From: Gemmatimonas sp.
Lineage (GTDB): Bacteria > Gemmatimonadota > Gemmatimonadetes > Gemmatimonadales > Gemmatimonadaceae
Length of the DNA stretch: 64,000 bases
Reading direction: 5' to 3'
NCBI GenBank assembly: GCA_965279375.1
Contig: OZ257156.1
Coordinates: 4,384,001-4,448,000 of the forward strand
Shown: piece after piece, positions 9,983 to 19,577 of the stretch
Numbering within the stretch: position 1 is the first letter of the stretch
How the letters are laid out: every line of letters begins with the position of its first letter
The notes under the pieces: model-generated
Seen by the model: the letters and a program-made list of their open reading frames with translations, nothing else
What the model was told of the DNA's origin: nothing
Database searches by the model: none
Translations under genes and position numbers: made by a program

Positions 9983-10969
9983 CTACTGGCCGAGCACCAG
10001 GGCGAACACCAGAGGCGCAACGATGGAGGCGTCCGACTCGATGATGAACTTGGGCGTCTCGATACCCAGCTTGCCCCACGTGATCTTCTCGTTGGGCACC
10101 GCGCCCGAGTACGAGCCGTAGCTGGTGGTGGAGTCGCTGATCTGGCAGAAGTAGCCCCACAGCGGCACTTCTTCACGCTTGAGATCCTGGTGCAGCATGG
10201 GCACGACACAGATCGGGAAGTCTCCGGCAATGCCGCCGCCGATCTGGAAGAAGCCGATCGTCGACTCGTCCTTCGCCGTCTTCGTGTACCAGTCCGCGAG
10301 ATACATCATGTACTCGATGCCGCTGCGCACCGTGTGCACGTTCTTCACGTTGCCCTCGATCACATGCGACGCGAAGATGTTGCCCGTCGTGGAGTCTTCC
10401 CACCCCGGCACGATGATCGGCAGGTTCTTCTGCGCCGCCGCCAGCATCCACGAATTCTTCGGATCGATCTGGTAGTACTGCTCGAGCTTCCCGCTGAGCA
10501 GGATGCGGTACATGAACTCGTGCGGGAAATAGCGCTCGCCCTTCTGATCGGCCGTCGTCCATTCGTCGAGAATGGCGTTCTCGATACGACGAATCGCTTC
10601 GGCTTCAGGAATGCACGTATCAGTCACACGATTGAAGTGCTTCTCCAGCAGCGCCTGCTCGTCCTGCGGCGTGAGATCGCGATAGTTGGGCACGCGCTCG
10701 TAGTGATCGTGCGCGACGAGGTTGTAGATGTCTTCCTCGAGGTTCGCGCCGGTGCAAGTGATCGCGTGCACCTTGTCCTGCCGGATCATCTCGGCGAGCG
10801 ACAGCCCCAGCTCGGCGGTGCTCATCGCACCGGCAAGCGTGACCATCATCTTGCCGCCGTTGTCGAGATGGCGGGTGTAGGCGTCGGCCGCATCGATGAG
10901 CGCCGCCGCGTTGAAATGCCGGTAATGATGACGCAGAAACGCCGAGACCGGCGCGGATGACGGAGTCAT
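9983..10969 (-). CDS. Deoxyhypusine synthase-like protein (probably polyamine/homospermidine synthesis)
   Basis: TGANLEED, IGGG, GSYSGA, EKITWGK (catalytic Lys), SDASIVAPL. Confidence 0.88.
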   Translation of the reverse strand: MTPSSAPVSAFLRHHYRHFNAAALIDAADAYTRHLDNGGKMMVTLAGAMSTAELGLSLAEMIRQDKVHAITCTGANLEEDIYNLVAHDHYERVPNYRDLTPQDEQALLEKHFNRVTDTCIPEAEAIRRIENAILDEWTTADQKGERYFPHEFMYRILLSGKLEQYYQIDPKNSWMLAAAQKNLPIIVPGWEDSTTGNIFASHVIEGNVKNVHTVRSGIEYMMYLADWYTKTAKDESTIGFFQIGGGIAGDFPICVVPMLHQDLKREEVPLWGYFCQISDSTTSYGSYSGAVPNEKITWGKLGIETPKFIIESDASIVAPLVFALVLGQ

Positions 10970-11065
10970 GGGCAACACTCAGAGGAAAGGCGACGAGATC
11001 CGGCGCGCGCGACGGCGCAGCCACGACGGCGTCCGGTCGGTGCTCGATCCGGCGCCGCGAGGAAT

Positions 11066-12856
11066 CTATCGCCGACCGTCGCTCACGTGGTCTACCCCAC
11101 GGGGATCCGTGGCGCGGCCGGTACGTCCGCGCTGCTCGGATTCGGCGTGGGCGTGGGCGGCCCGCTGTGCGCTGCGACCATTTCGTCGCAACGCCAGCCA
11201 ACTCGCGCCAAAGCCGAGGCCGACGGCGGCCGCCACATGTCCCGTCGAGAGGGCCGCGATGGCAATCCCGACGCAGAGGAGCGCCAGCGACCGGCTGGCT
11301 GCGCCGTTGGCGAGGTGTTGCTCGCCGGCGCGCTGCCCCATGGCCACTGCCTGCGCCGCCCCCCACGCCTGCAGTGCCGGGTCGTTCTCGTCGAGCACAC
11401 GGTAGCTCCCTGTCACCTCTGCCGACGGCGCGACTGCACCGAAACGATCGCCCGGCTGCGGCACCAATACCGGCCAGCGATCCGGCTCGAGACTGCGAGA
11501 CGTCGCACGGCTGCTCGGCGTTTCGGACAACAGCCCCAAGCCAAGGCGCAGCGGAACCACCGTGCCAGGATCCGCTTCTCCGCGCACCACCGATCCACCG
11601 CCGGGCGGCGTGTGCAGCACGCCACGCGTGACAGTACGTCCGCTGCGTTGCAGCTCATCGAAGGCGCCGCGCACGACCGTCTGCAGCAGGCGAACCGTGG
11701 GCTCGCGCGTCAGTGACGTCGCCTTCTTCACGAGTCGATCGGCGTCGGAGACGCGCGCGTCACGCAGCGCCGCCACCAACTGCTGCAAGACGGTTCGAAA
11801 TGGCTGCGGGCGATCGGCGGGCTCGTTGGTCAGCACAGAGACGAACACCATCAGTAGCGCGCGCGCCGCGTGCGCCTGTTCCGGCGTGCAAGCCGCGGCC
11901 AGCGAACCACCGGCGCTGAAGGCACGCACGAGCATGCGACAGTCGCGCGTTGCATCGAGATTGGAATCGGTGATCAGACGAGCACCGATGCGCGTGAACG
12001 CGCCATCGATGACGTCCTGCGCGCCCTGCGGCGGCGTGGAGCGCGCGACGGTGGGAGCGTCCTCGACTTCCCGACGCTCCAACAGCGGTGCGGCGTCGAG
12101 CATCGCCTGCTCAGGCTGGACGACCTCGCCGGCGATCCCCCACGCGCTCCGCGACAGATTGCGAGAGACGTCCGCAGCCGATGCGCGCACCCATGCTCGG
12201 CCATACTCCAGGGCCGGATGGTCCGGCGAGGACCGCATTACCCGCTGCAGCAGTCGCTCGGCGCCCTCAGTATCACCCTGTCTGGCTTGCACGATCGCCT
12301 GCTGGACGAGCAGCAAGGGTTCCTGCGGTGCCCGCTCGATGGCCGGCTGCAGCACGGCGCGCGCGCCCGCGACATCGCCCACCGCCAGGCGTGCGAGCGA
12401 CTGCACAAAGCGCAGTGCCACCGACGAAGGCGACGTCCCCAATCCCTCATCGGCGACGCGATCGCTTTCGCCGGGCAAGCCCAGCAGCGTCAGCGCGCCA
12501 CTTCGCAGATACCACCCTTCCTCAGTTCGACGGGCGCCATCCCAAACGCCGTCGAGGGCAGCAAGCGCGTCGCCGGCCAGATTGCGGAGCAGCGCGCCGC
12601 GGGCCTGTTCAAGACCGACCTCCATGGCCACCGCCGGCGTCCGCTGGCGGGCGACCACCTGGTCCGGGGTCCCAAACAGATCCTCGAGATCGAGCCCACT
12701 GCGGCCGAGCGGCGAGCCGGTTGGGGCGGCGGGAGCGTGCGGTGCCTCGGGGGAGATCGGCACGAGCGCGCGCGACGGCTGCACCTTTCCCGCGGGAGAG
12801 GTACCCGATACGCCAACGCTTCCGAGCGGGAGATATCCCGGTATGTCTGACGGCAC
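11066..12856 (-). CDS. Hypothetical protein with TPR-like helices and C-terminal TM segments
   Basis: Long ORF collinear with its neighbours; TPR-like ARLAVGDVAGARAVL and ARQGDTEGAERLL; hydrophobic C-terminal hairpin. Confidence 0.6.
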   Translation of the reverse strand: MPSDIPGYLPLGSVGVSGTSPAGKVQPSRALVPISPEAPHAPAAPTGSPLGRSGLDLEDLFGTPDQVVARQRTPAVAMEVGLEQARGALLRNLAGDALAALDGVWDGARRTEEGWYLRSGALTLLGLPGESDRVADEGLGTSPSSVALRFVQSLARLAVGDVAGARAVLQPAIERAPQEPLLLVQQAIVQARQGDTEGAERLLQRVMRSSPDHPALEYGRAWVRASAADVSRNLSRSAWGIAGEVVQPEQAMLDAAPLLERREVEDAPTVARSTPPQGAQDVIDGAFTRIGARLITDSNLDATRDCRMLVRAFSAGGSLAAACTPEQAHAARALLMVFVSVLTNEPADRPQPFRTVLQQLVAALRDARVSDADRLVKKATSLTREPTVRLLQTVVRGAFDELQRSGRTVTRGVLHTPPGGGSVVRGEADPGTVVPLRLGLGLLSETPSSRATSRSLEPDRWPVLVPQPGDRFGAVAPSAEVTGSYRVLDENDPALQAWGAAQAVAMGQRAGEQHLANGAASRSLALLCVGIAIAALSTGHVAAAVGLGFGASWLALRRNGRSAQRAAHAHAESEQRGRTGRATDPRGVDHVSDGRR

Positions 12857-12967
12857 GCGGATGGATCGAGGGACGACGCTTACCCGGCGCCGGGCGGACG
12901 TTCTTCTGAGCAGTATCGGCAGCGTGACCCGTCCGCTGAACCGACCGCCAAGACCGACCCCGCCCAG

Positions 12968-13252
12968 CTACTCCGACAGGATTTCGACGAGCGGCTGCTC
13001 ACCGGCGCTTCGGCCGTACCCTTCGAAGTCCGCGAACCAGCGATACGCCTGCCCTTCCCGGTCGAGCGCAACGCGCCGATGGGTCCGTGTGTGTTCGTAG
13101 AGGCGAAGTTCGCCGACGTCATCCGGCCCCGGCACGAAACCGATGAACCAGAAGGCGGCGGTGGCGTTCACAGCGTCGCGCCCGAACGTCGCGGTCAGGG
13201 CGCGTTCGAGGGGATGCCAATCGGGCGGTCGATACATGTAGGCGATAGTCAC
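12968..13252 (-). CDS. Small hypothetical protein (PDWxPLE...LYEHxxTxRxxxLDxxGxAYxW)
   Basis: Aromatic-rich, globular-looking 94 aa ORF filling the intergenic gap. Confidence 0.6.
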   Translation of the reverse strand: MTIAYMYRPPDWHPLERALTATFGRDAVNATAAFWFIGFVPGPDDVGELRLYEHTRTHRRVALDREGQAYRWFADFEGYGRSAGEQPLVEILSE

Positions 13253-13389
13253 GGGAGTCGCGAGGTGGACGCCCGGTCTTCCCCGCGGTCACGATTCGTC
13301 ACGCGATAGGGCGCGATACTCCCTTTGTGAGCCGCGGCCGTGTGATGCCTCTTCGCGCGAGGCCGCCTGCAACGCCCGCGTGACCCGCG

Positions 13390-14370
13390 TTAGCCTCGCG
13401 CAGCGGTGGTGCGACGGCGCGAACCGCTCACGTGCTGCGAGACGAAGCGCGTGGCGGCGCTCAGCGACTCTCGAGCCTCGGGGAGCACGGCGGCGAAGAA
13501 CTGCCAGACGTGCGGCACGCGTCGCCACAGTCGCATCTCCACGGTTGCACCTGCGGCCCGCGCGCGCTCGGCGACCCGAATGCCGTCATCCCGGAGCACT
13601 TCATCGTCGCTCGCGTGCACCAACAGCGGCGGGAAGCCTGCGTAGTCTCCGTACAGCGGAGAGAGTCGCGGGTTGGTTGGATCTGCGTCGCCCACGTAGA
13701 ACTGCGCGGCGCGCCGGATCGTCTCGCCAGCGAACATGGCGCATCGTTCACTGTTCTCATCGAGCGACCGCCCAGTGGCCGCGAGGTCCGTCCACGGGCA
13801 GAACGCAACAACCGCCGCAGGCAACGGCGCGCCTTCGTCGCGCAGCCGCAACGTCAGCGCCAACGCGAGACCGCCACCAGCCGAATCGCCGACGACCACG
13901 AGCCGCGCCGGATCGACACCGCACCCATGCACGACGTGCTCGTACGCTGCGCGCGCATCGTCGAGCGCAGCCGGAAAGGGGTGCTCGGGGGCCAAGCGGT
14001 ACGCTGGCACATAGGCTGTGCCGGCCACGCGCCGCACCAGCGAACACACGAGCGGTCGGTGCGTCTCCGGGCTGCACGCGATGAACCCGCCACCGTGCAG
14101 ATACAACAGCACCGGACTGTCCGGCGTCGCGCTCGGCCAGGAGACGCGTTCGCCGCCCACCCACGACCCCTGCGCGGGAAGCGGCTCGACGATCGCGCCA
14201 GTGGAACGGGCCATCAGTCGCCGCGCACCTTTGGGGCGCCCCATGTTCTCGCGCACCCACAGCGGATCGATCGGCTTGCGCGCATGCGGGCGCATGCGGG
14301 CGCTGACCAACAGATGCACCAGATGTGACTGCCAACTGGCGTTCGCGAGGCTCGGCGTGTCCACGGACAT
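13390..14370 (-). CDS. Alpha/beta hydrolase, HSL-family esterase
   Basis: HGGG, YRLAPEHPFPA, GDSAGG, catalytic E/D and H (PHVW). Confidence 0.93.
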   Translation of the reverse strand: MSVDTPSLANASWQSHLVHLLVSARMRPHARKPIDPLWVRENMGRPKGARRLMARSTGAIVEPLPAQGSWVGGERVSWPSATPDSPVLLYLHGGGFIACSPETHRPLVCSLVRRVAGTAYVPAYRLAPEHPFPAALDDARAAYEHVVHGCGVDPARLVVVGDSAGGGLALALTLRLRDEGAPLPAAVVAFCPWTDLAATGRSLDENSERCAMFAGETIRRAAQFYVGDADPTNPRLSPLYGDYAGFPPLLVHASDDEVLRDDGIRVAERARAAGATVEMRLWRRVPHVWQFFAAVLPEARESLSAATRFVSQHVSGSRRRTTAARG

Positions 14371-14440
14371 ACTGAATCCTAGGCGATCCACCTCCCGTGC
14401 GTCAGCGTCTCACGGGAGGTGTCGTGCGCATCAGGAACGC

Positions 14441-15250
14441 CTACACGCCGACTTGCTTCTCGACGCGATCGCGATAGTGCCGGCTCAAGCGAAGCTTGGT
14501 GCCGTCTTCAAGAATCACGACGTAGTCGCCCGAGAACCACTGCTGCATTTCACGCACGCGATTCAGGTTCACGATCGTGGAGCGGTGAATTCGCGCGAAC
14601 AAGCGCGGATCCAGCGTTTCCTCGAGATGGCTGATGCGCTCGCGAATCGTGTGCGCCGCCTTGCCCACATGCAGCTTCACATAGTTGCGATCGGCCTCGA
14701 TCCAATCGATCTCGGTCGTCTTGACGAAAAACATGCGACCGTCGGCCTTCACCAGAATGCGGCTCGCGAAACTGCCGTTCGCCGCGGCTGCGGTGGCGGC
14801 AGGATCCGCCTTCACGTCCGCCGACGATGTACCGTTCGCCAAGCGACGTACCGTCTCCAGCAACTCGCCAAGACGTTCGGCGGCGACGGCCTGTGCACGC
14901 TGCTTTCGCGCGCGGTCGAACGCCGCCTTGAAGCGGTCTTCGTCCAGTGGCTTGAGCACGTAGTCCACGGCGTGTACATCGAATGCACGCTGCGCATGCT
15001 CGTCATACGCCGTGATGAACAGAATCATCGGCGTCGGCTCACCGGAGAGTTCCTGCAGCACACCGAAGCCGTCGAGCTCAGGCATCTGCACATCGAGACA
15101 CACAAGATCGGGATGCAGAGCACGAATCATCTGCACGGCTTCGCTACCCGTCTCGGCCTCGCCGACGATCTCCACGTCGGACTCGTTCTGCAACAGCCGT
15201 CGCACACGCTGTCGCGCGAGCACCTCATCATCAACAATCAATACGCGCAC
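14441..15250 (-). CDS. LytTR-family response regulator
   Basis: IVDDE, LDVQMP, TAYD, DYVLKP; LytTR motif FARIHRSTIVN; GTG start inferred. Confidence 0.93.
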   Translation of the reverse strand: MRVLIVDDEVLARQRVRRLLQNESDVEIVGEAETGSEAVQMIRALHPDLVCLDVQMPELDGFGVLQELSGEPTPMILFITAYDEHAQRAFDVHAVDYVLKPLDEDRFKAAFDRARKQRAQAVAAERLGELLETVRRLANGTSSADVKADPAATAAAANGSFASRILVKADGRMFFVKTTEIDWIEADRNYVKLHVGKAAHTIRERISHLEETLDPRLFARIHRSTIVNLNRVREMQQWFSGDYVVILEDGTKLRLSRHYRDRVEKQVGV

Positions 15251-15460
15251 GCTATCGCTCTCCGGCCTCCCTGCGAAACGCCATCTGCGCCACAGCACGT
15301 GCCGGGAGGAAGGGCACGCCATACGCGCGCAAACGCGGTACACTCCGTGTTACGCCGAACACGACCAAGACGTTCATCTGACTTTCACAAATCGTAAGAG
15401 CGTGCAACTTTCCCGTCATGTGCCGTCGTATGGCTGCACGTACTTTTTCGGAGTTAGACG

Positions 15461-16618
15461 TTGGCACACCTATCAATGGTTGCACCGAGACAACCGCTGA
15501 CCATCGCGGACGAAGGTGCGCGGTTCAAGCGCATCACACGCGTGCTGTTCGCACTCGTGTGGGTCATCCCCGGCATCCTCGCCGCGTTGCAACTGACCGT
15601 ACTCGGCGACGCATCCGGCACGCACTACGCACTCGGACACGCATTGGTTTGGCAGGGTTCCGCGTGGCTCATCTGGAGCGTGTGGTCCCAAGTCATCCTG
15701 ACCATGGTGGACCGCATAAAACTCGGGACCGGTCGACTCGCGGGTTGGATAGCGATTCACGTCGTGGCGACGTTCACGATTTGCGCGATCAACATCCTCG
15801 CGATTGCCTGGCTCGACCATCTGTTCTTCCACGCAGGCCAACAGCAGAGCTACGCCTTCGCGCTGCGCTCGGTACTGGTTAACCACTTCGACTTTCAGGT
15901 GGTGCTCTACTGGGCCGTGCTCGGGGCGGCGTACATGGTCGAGTTCGTGCGCCGGTTCCGGGAGCGTGACAGAGCGGCGTTCGAGCTCGAGCAGAAGCTG
16001 GCCATGACGCAGCTCGACGCGCTCCGCATGCAGCTCAACCCACACTTCCTCTTCAACGCGCTCAACTCCGTGGCCGAGCTGATGGAGATGGACGTCAAGC
16101 AGGCGCAGAAAACTCTCACGCGCGTGAGTGACCTGCTGCGACTGTCACTGCGCAGCGCCGGCTCCAGCACGATTCCGCTGTGGCAGGAGATCGAACTCGT
16201 CGAGCTGTATCTGCAGATCGCCCGCGTTCGCTACGGGCAGGGACTGGAGGTCGACATCGAAGTCGATTCCTCAGCAGTGGACTTGCCAGTGCCGAGCTTT
16301 CTGTTGCAGCCGCTGGTCGAGAACGCGCTCAAGCATGGTCTGGCCCCGGGACACAAGGACCAGTGCATTTCGGTCAGCGCGCGGCGCGATGGGGATGCGC
16401 TCGAGCTGATCGTCGACGACAACGGCAAAGGGCTCGACGGGCTGATCACGACGAGCGGTCGATTCATGGCAGCGCGCCCATCGGTGGACGGGCTGGGGAT
16501 CGGACTCACGAACACGCGCTCGCGCCTGACCATGCTCTACGGCGATCGCTACGCCTTTCGCATGAGCAACCAGAACGCGGGTGGCTGCCGCGTGGAGATT
16601 CGTCTGCCGATCGACTGA
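15461..16618 (+). CDS. LytS/YehU-family membrane sensor histidine kinase
   Basis: N-terminal TMs; QLNPHFLFNALN; LQPLVENALKHG; GIGLTN. Confidence 0.93.
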   Translation: MAHLSMVAPRQPLTIADEGARFKRITRVLFALVWVIPGILAALQLTVLGDASGTHYALGHALVWQGSAWLIWSVWSQVILTMVDRIKLGTGRLAGWIAIHVVATFTICAINILAIAWLDHLFFHAGQQQSYAFALRSVLVNHFDFQVVLYWAVLGAAYMVEFVRRFRERDRAAFELEQKLAMTQLDALRMQLNPHFLFNALNSVAELMEMDVKQAQKTLTRVSDLLRLSLRSAGSSTIPLWQEIELVELYLQIARVRYGQGLEVDIEVDSSAVDLPVPSFLLQPLVENALKHGLAPGHKDQCISVSARRDGDALELIVDDNGKGLDGLITTSGRFMAARPSVDGLGIGLTNTRSRLTMLYGDRYAFRMSNQNAGGCRVEIRLPID

Positions 16619-16653
16619 GGTCGGCAGATGGAATCGCCGCCTGCCACGCGCGG

Positions 16654-17055
16654 TTAATCGTGGATGATCGCGTCTGCCTCGATTTCGACGAGCATCGCCG
16701 GATCGATGAGGGCGCTGACCTGCACCATCGACGTGGCGGGCCTGATCGCCCCGAAGACCTCGCCGTGCGCGCGCCCGATCGCCTCCCACTGGGCAATGTC
16801 GGTGACGAACATCCGCGTGCGCACCACATGCCGAAAGTCCGCGCCCGCTTTCTGAAGTGCCGCGCCGATGTTGGCGAGCGCCTGCCGCGTCTGCGCGTAC
16901 GCATCATCGCGCCCGACCAGGGCGCCGTCCGGTCCGAGTGCGGTCGTCCCTGCGATCGCGACATGAGCCCCCACGCGCACCGCGCGCGAGTAGCCAACGA
17001 TCGCCTCCCACGTCGCGCCCGATGCAATCACGTGACGCTCCATCGGCTCCGTCAT
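16654..17055 (-). CDS. Rid (YjgF/RidA) family protein, subfamily lacking the catalytic Arg
   Basis: [20 protein letters not shown] in place of the canonical PARS. Confidence 0.88.
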   Translation of the reverse strand: MTEPMERHVIASGATWEAIVGYSRAVRVGAHVAIAGTTALGPDGALVGRDDAYAQTRQALANIGAALQKAGADFRHVVRTRMFVTDIAQWEAIGRAHGEVFGAIRPATSMVQVSALIDPAMLVEIEADAIIHD

Positions 17056-17144
17056 TCCGACTCCCTCTCTGGGTTCGATGTATCTTCCGGGTGCTGCTCG
17101 ATCACGCTGCCCCACCGTACTTCCTGACTGCCGCCGAGACCAAC

Positions 17145-18104
17145 GTGCTAAAGCCGTCTACACTCGCATTTTCCGCGCTGCGTACGCCGCGCCGCGCGCT
17201 CGCGCTTTCTGCGATCGCAGCAACCGTCGCGCTGACACCGGGAAATCTGCTAGCGTGGGGCGACGCGGGACACCGCATGATCGGGCTGGCGGCCGCGCAG
17301 ACGCTGCCGGAGGAGATGCCCGCTTTCTTCCGGAACGCGAGCCAGCAGCTTTCCTATCTGAATCCGGAGCCGGATCGTTGGAAGGACCGCGCGGAACGGA
17401 CGCTGGACCCCGCGCTCGAGGGGGGCACGTCGCCCGAGCACTACATCGATATGGATCTGGTGAGTCCGGCCGTTTTGGCGGCGTCGTTGGCGGCTCCCAA
17501 TCGGTTCGCCTTCTCCGACTCACTTCGTCAGGGCGGCGCAGCGGCGAACACCGTCGGGCTGCTCCCGTTCATGATTCTCGAGCAGGCGCAAAAGCTGCGC
17601 GGCGATTTCCGCTTGTGGCGCATCGCCCCCGATTCGACGGTCCGTGCGTGGATCGAGCAGCGCATCATTGACGACGCCGGCATCCTCGGGCATTACGTGG
17701 CGGACGGCAGCAACCCACACCATACCACCAAGCATCACAACGGCTGGGTGGGCGAAAATCCCAAGGGCTACACCACCGACAACCGGTTCCACGGTCGGTT
17801 CGAGAGCGCGTACGTTCAGGGGCAGATCAAGTTGCCAGACATTCTCGGCGAGATGCACGGCGCTCCGCGCGTCTTCCCGAACCTGCGCATCGCGGTGCTC
17901 GCGTATCTGAAGACCTCGTTCGCCCACCTGGACCGCCTCTACGAGCTCGACACCGCCAAGCCGTTTCAGCCCGACGCCACCACCCCCGAGCAGAAAGCGT
18001 TCGCGTCGGCACGCCTCGCTGCCGGCGCCGAGATGCTGCGCGACATCTGGTGGACCGCGTGGGTCACCAGCGGACAGCCTGTCACCATCCCGCCGCGCGA
18101 CTGA
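17145..18104 (+). CDS. Secreted S1/P1 nuclease / phospholipase C-fold protein
   Basis: Signal peptide then [28 protein letters not shown]. Confidence 0.8.
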   Translation: MLKPSTLAFSALRTPRRALALSAIAATVALTPGNLLAWGDAGHRMIGLAAAQTLPEEMPAFFRNASQQLSYLNPEPDRWKDRAERTLDPALEGGTSPEHYIDMDLVSPAVLAASLAAPNRFAFSDSLRQGGAAANTVGLLPFMILEQAQKLRGDFRLWRIAPDSTVRAWIEQRIIDDAGILGHYVADGSNPHHTTKHHNGWVGENPKGYTTDNRFHGRFESAYVQGQIKLPDILGEMHGAPRVFPNLRIAVLAYLKTSFAHLDRLYELDTAKPFQPDATTPEQKAFASARLAAGAEMLRDIWWTAWVTSGQPVTIPPRD

Positions 18105-18123
18105 AATCCCGACGCACCTCGCG

Positions 18124-18444
18124 TCAGCGACTGTGCGTGTGCATCAAGGACAACAGCTCGTCGTACATTGCCTCGGCGTCCGCTTCGCTTGACCGAATCG
18201 CCGCCGTGGCGCAGTGCTTGAGATGGTTGCGCATCAGTTCGCGAGCAACGGCGCGCAGCGCTTCGTGCACGGAGGAGACCTGTGTGAGGATGTCCGCGCA
18301 GTAGCGATCCTCCTCCACCATCTTCTGAATGCCGCGCACCTGTCCTTCGATGCGCCGCAAGCGCTTGAGGTTGCGGGTTTTGATCGCCGGATCGACCTTC
18401 ACCGCGTGGTGTACGTGGGCCAGACCGGTTTCGTGAGCGTCCAT
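18124..18444 (-). CDS. csoR: Copper-sensing repressor CsoR
   Basis: RLRRIEGQVRGI, RYCADIL, HLKHC (Cys-His-Cys ligand set). Confidence 0.92.
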   Translation of the reverse strand: MDAHETGLAHVHHAVKVDPAIKTRNLKRLRRIEGQVRGIQKMVEEDRYCADILTQVSSVHEALRAVARELMRNHLKHCATAAIRSSEADAEAMYDELLSLMHTHSR

Positions 18445-18460
18445 TGGCGGTTTTGACGCG

Positions 18461-18670
18461 TTAGTGTGCAGCCGTCACGAGATAGCCTTCCTCGATGACC
18501 GCGTTCTTCACCGCCGCGGCGTCGAGCACGGCGTCGTCGTAGCGAACGGTTGCCGATCCGATCGCGACAGACTCCACCTCGACTCCATGCACGGCGGTCA
18601 GTGCCTGCTTCACCGCGTTGACGCAGTGTCCGCAGGTCATGCCGCTGATGTCCATCGTCAGCGTCTTCAT
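18461..18670 (-). CDS. copZ: Copper chaperone, HMA domain
   Basis: GMTCGHC motif; 69 aa; EEGY. Confidence 0.9.
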   Translation of the reverse strand: MKTLTMDISGMTCGHCVNAVKQALTAVHGVEVESVAIGSATVRYDDAVLDAAAVKNAVIEEGYLVTAAH

Positions 18671-18736
18671 CGTGTCAGCTCCGTAGAGGTTGTGCCGTCG
18701 TGTGGTGAAGCAGTGGTGGTCCGAAGGTGCACTAGA

Positions 18737-18765
18737 ACGGTAAATACCCCCTCCCCCTATTTCAA
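18737..18765 (-). promoter_or_regulatory. Sigma70 promoter of copZ-csoR with an overlapping CsoR-type operator
   Basis: TTGAAA-N17-TACCGT; the spacer holds AAATA-GGGGGAGGGGG-TATTT (AT-rich inverted flanks around a G-tract, as in CsoR/RcnR operators). Confidence 0.75.
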
Positions 18766-18779
18766 CTCACGACCGCCCC

Positions 18780-19523
18780 ATGGCCGACAGCACGACCAGC
18801 CGATCGAATCTCCTCCCTGCCCTGCTCTTGGGCGCCGGCGTCGCCGCTGGTGGCATGCTGGCCGGTGCGGGCGTCGCCAAGGTGCGCACCGTCGACCGGA
18901 CCGTCTCCGTGAAGGGCGTTGCGGAACGGGAGGCCAAGGCCGACCTCGCGATCTGGCCGTTGCGCCTCGTGGCGACCGACGACGACCTGACACGAGCCAG
19001 CACGGCGCTCGAGCATAGCGTGGTTGCGGTGCGTGCCTTCCTCAAGGAACAGGGCCTCGAGGGCAAGGGGACGGAGGTCTCCGTGCAGGAGTTCTCGGTA
19101 CAGGACCAACGCACCATGGGCAGCTACCAGACCGGCAGCCGCTACATCATCCGCCAAACGCTCGTTGTGCGATCCACCGCGGTCGATGTCGTGCAGTCGG
19201 CCAGCCAGCACGTGCCCGACCTGGTACGGAACGGCGTGGTGCTGTCGTCGGGGCAGGAGTACGGCGGAGGCGGACCCACGTTCGTCTTCACTGGACTCAA
19301 CGGCATCAAGCCGCCGATGATCGCCGAAGCCACGGCGCGGGCGCGCGAGTCAGCAGAACAGTTTGCGCGCGACTCCAAGAGCACGCTCTCAGGTATTCGT
19401 CACGCGTATCAGGGGACGTTCGAGATTCTGCCTCGCGATCAGGCGGCGGGCATCAGCGAAGAGTCGCAGGTGACCAAGAAGGTGCGCATCGTGACCACCG
19501 TCGAATACGGCCTCCGCGACTGA
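18780..19523 (+). CDS. SIMPL (DUF541) domain protein
   Basis: RTVSVKGVAERE.KADLAIW, AEQFARDS, KKVRIVTTVEY. Confidence 0.88.
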   Translation: MADSTTSRSNLLPALLLGAGVAAGGMLAGAGVAKVRTVDRTVSVKGVAEREAKADLAIWPLRLVATDDDLTRASTALEHSVVAVRAFLKEQGLEGKGTEVSVQEFSVQDQRTMGSYQTGSRYIIRQTLVVRSTAVDVVQSASQHVPDLVRNGVVLSSGQEYGGGGPTFVFTGLNGIKPPMIAEATARARESAEQFARDSKSTLSGIRHAYQGTFEILPRDQAAGISEESQVTKKVRIVTTVEYGLRD

Positions 19524-19577
19524 ACTCGCGACGGCTCGGGCCGTGGCGCACGTCGCGGCTCGGGCGGTCAGCTGGTC

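Noticed and set aside
9983..10969. Eukaryote-like hypusination of a translation factor
   Set aside because: No efp/eIF5A gene nearby; bacterial DHS-like proteins are better explained by polyamine synthesis
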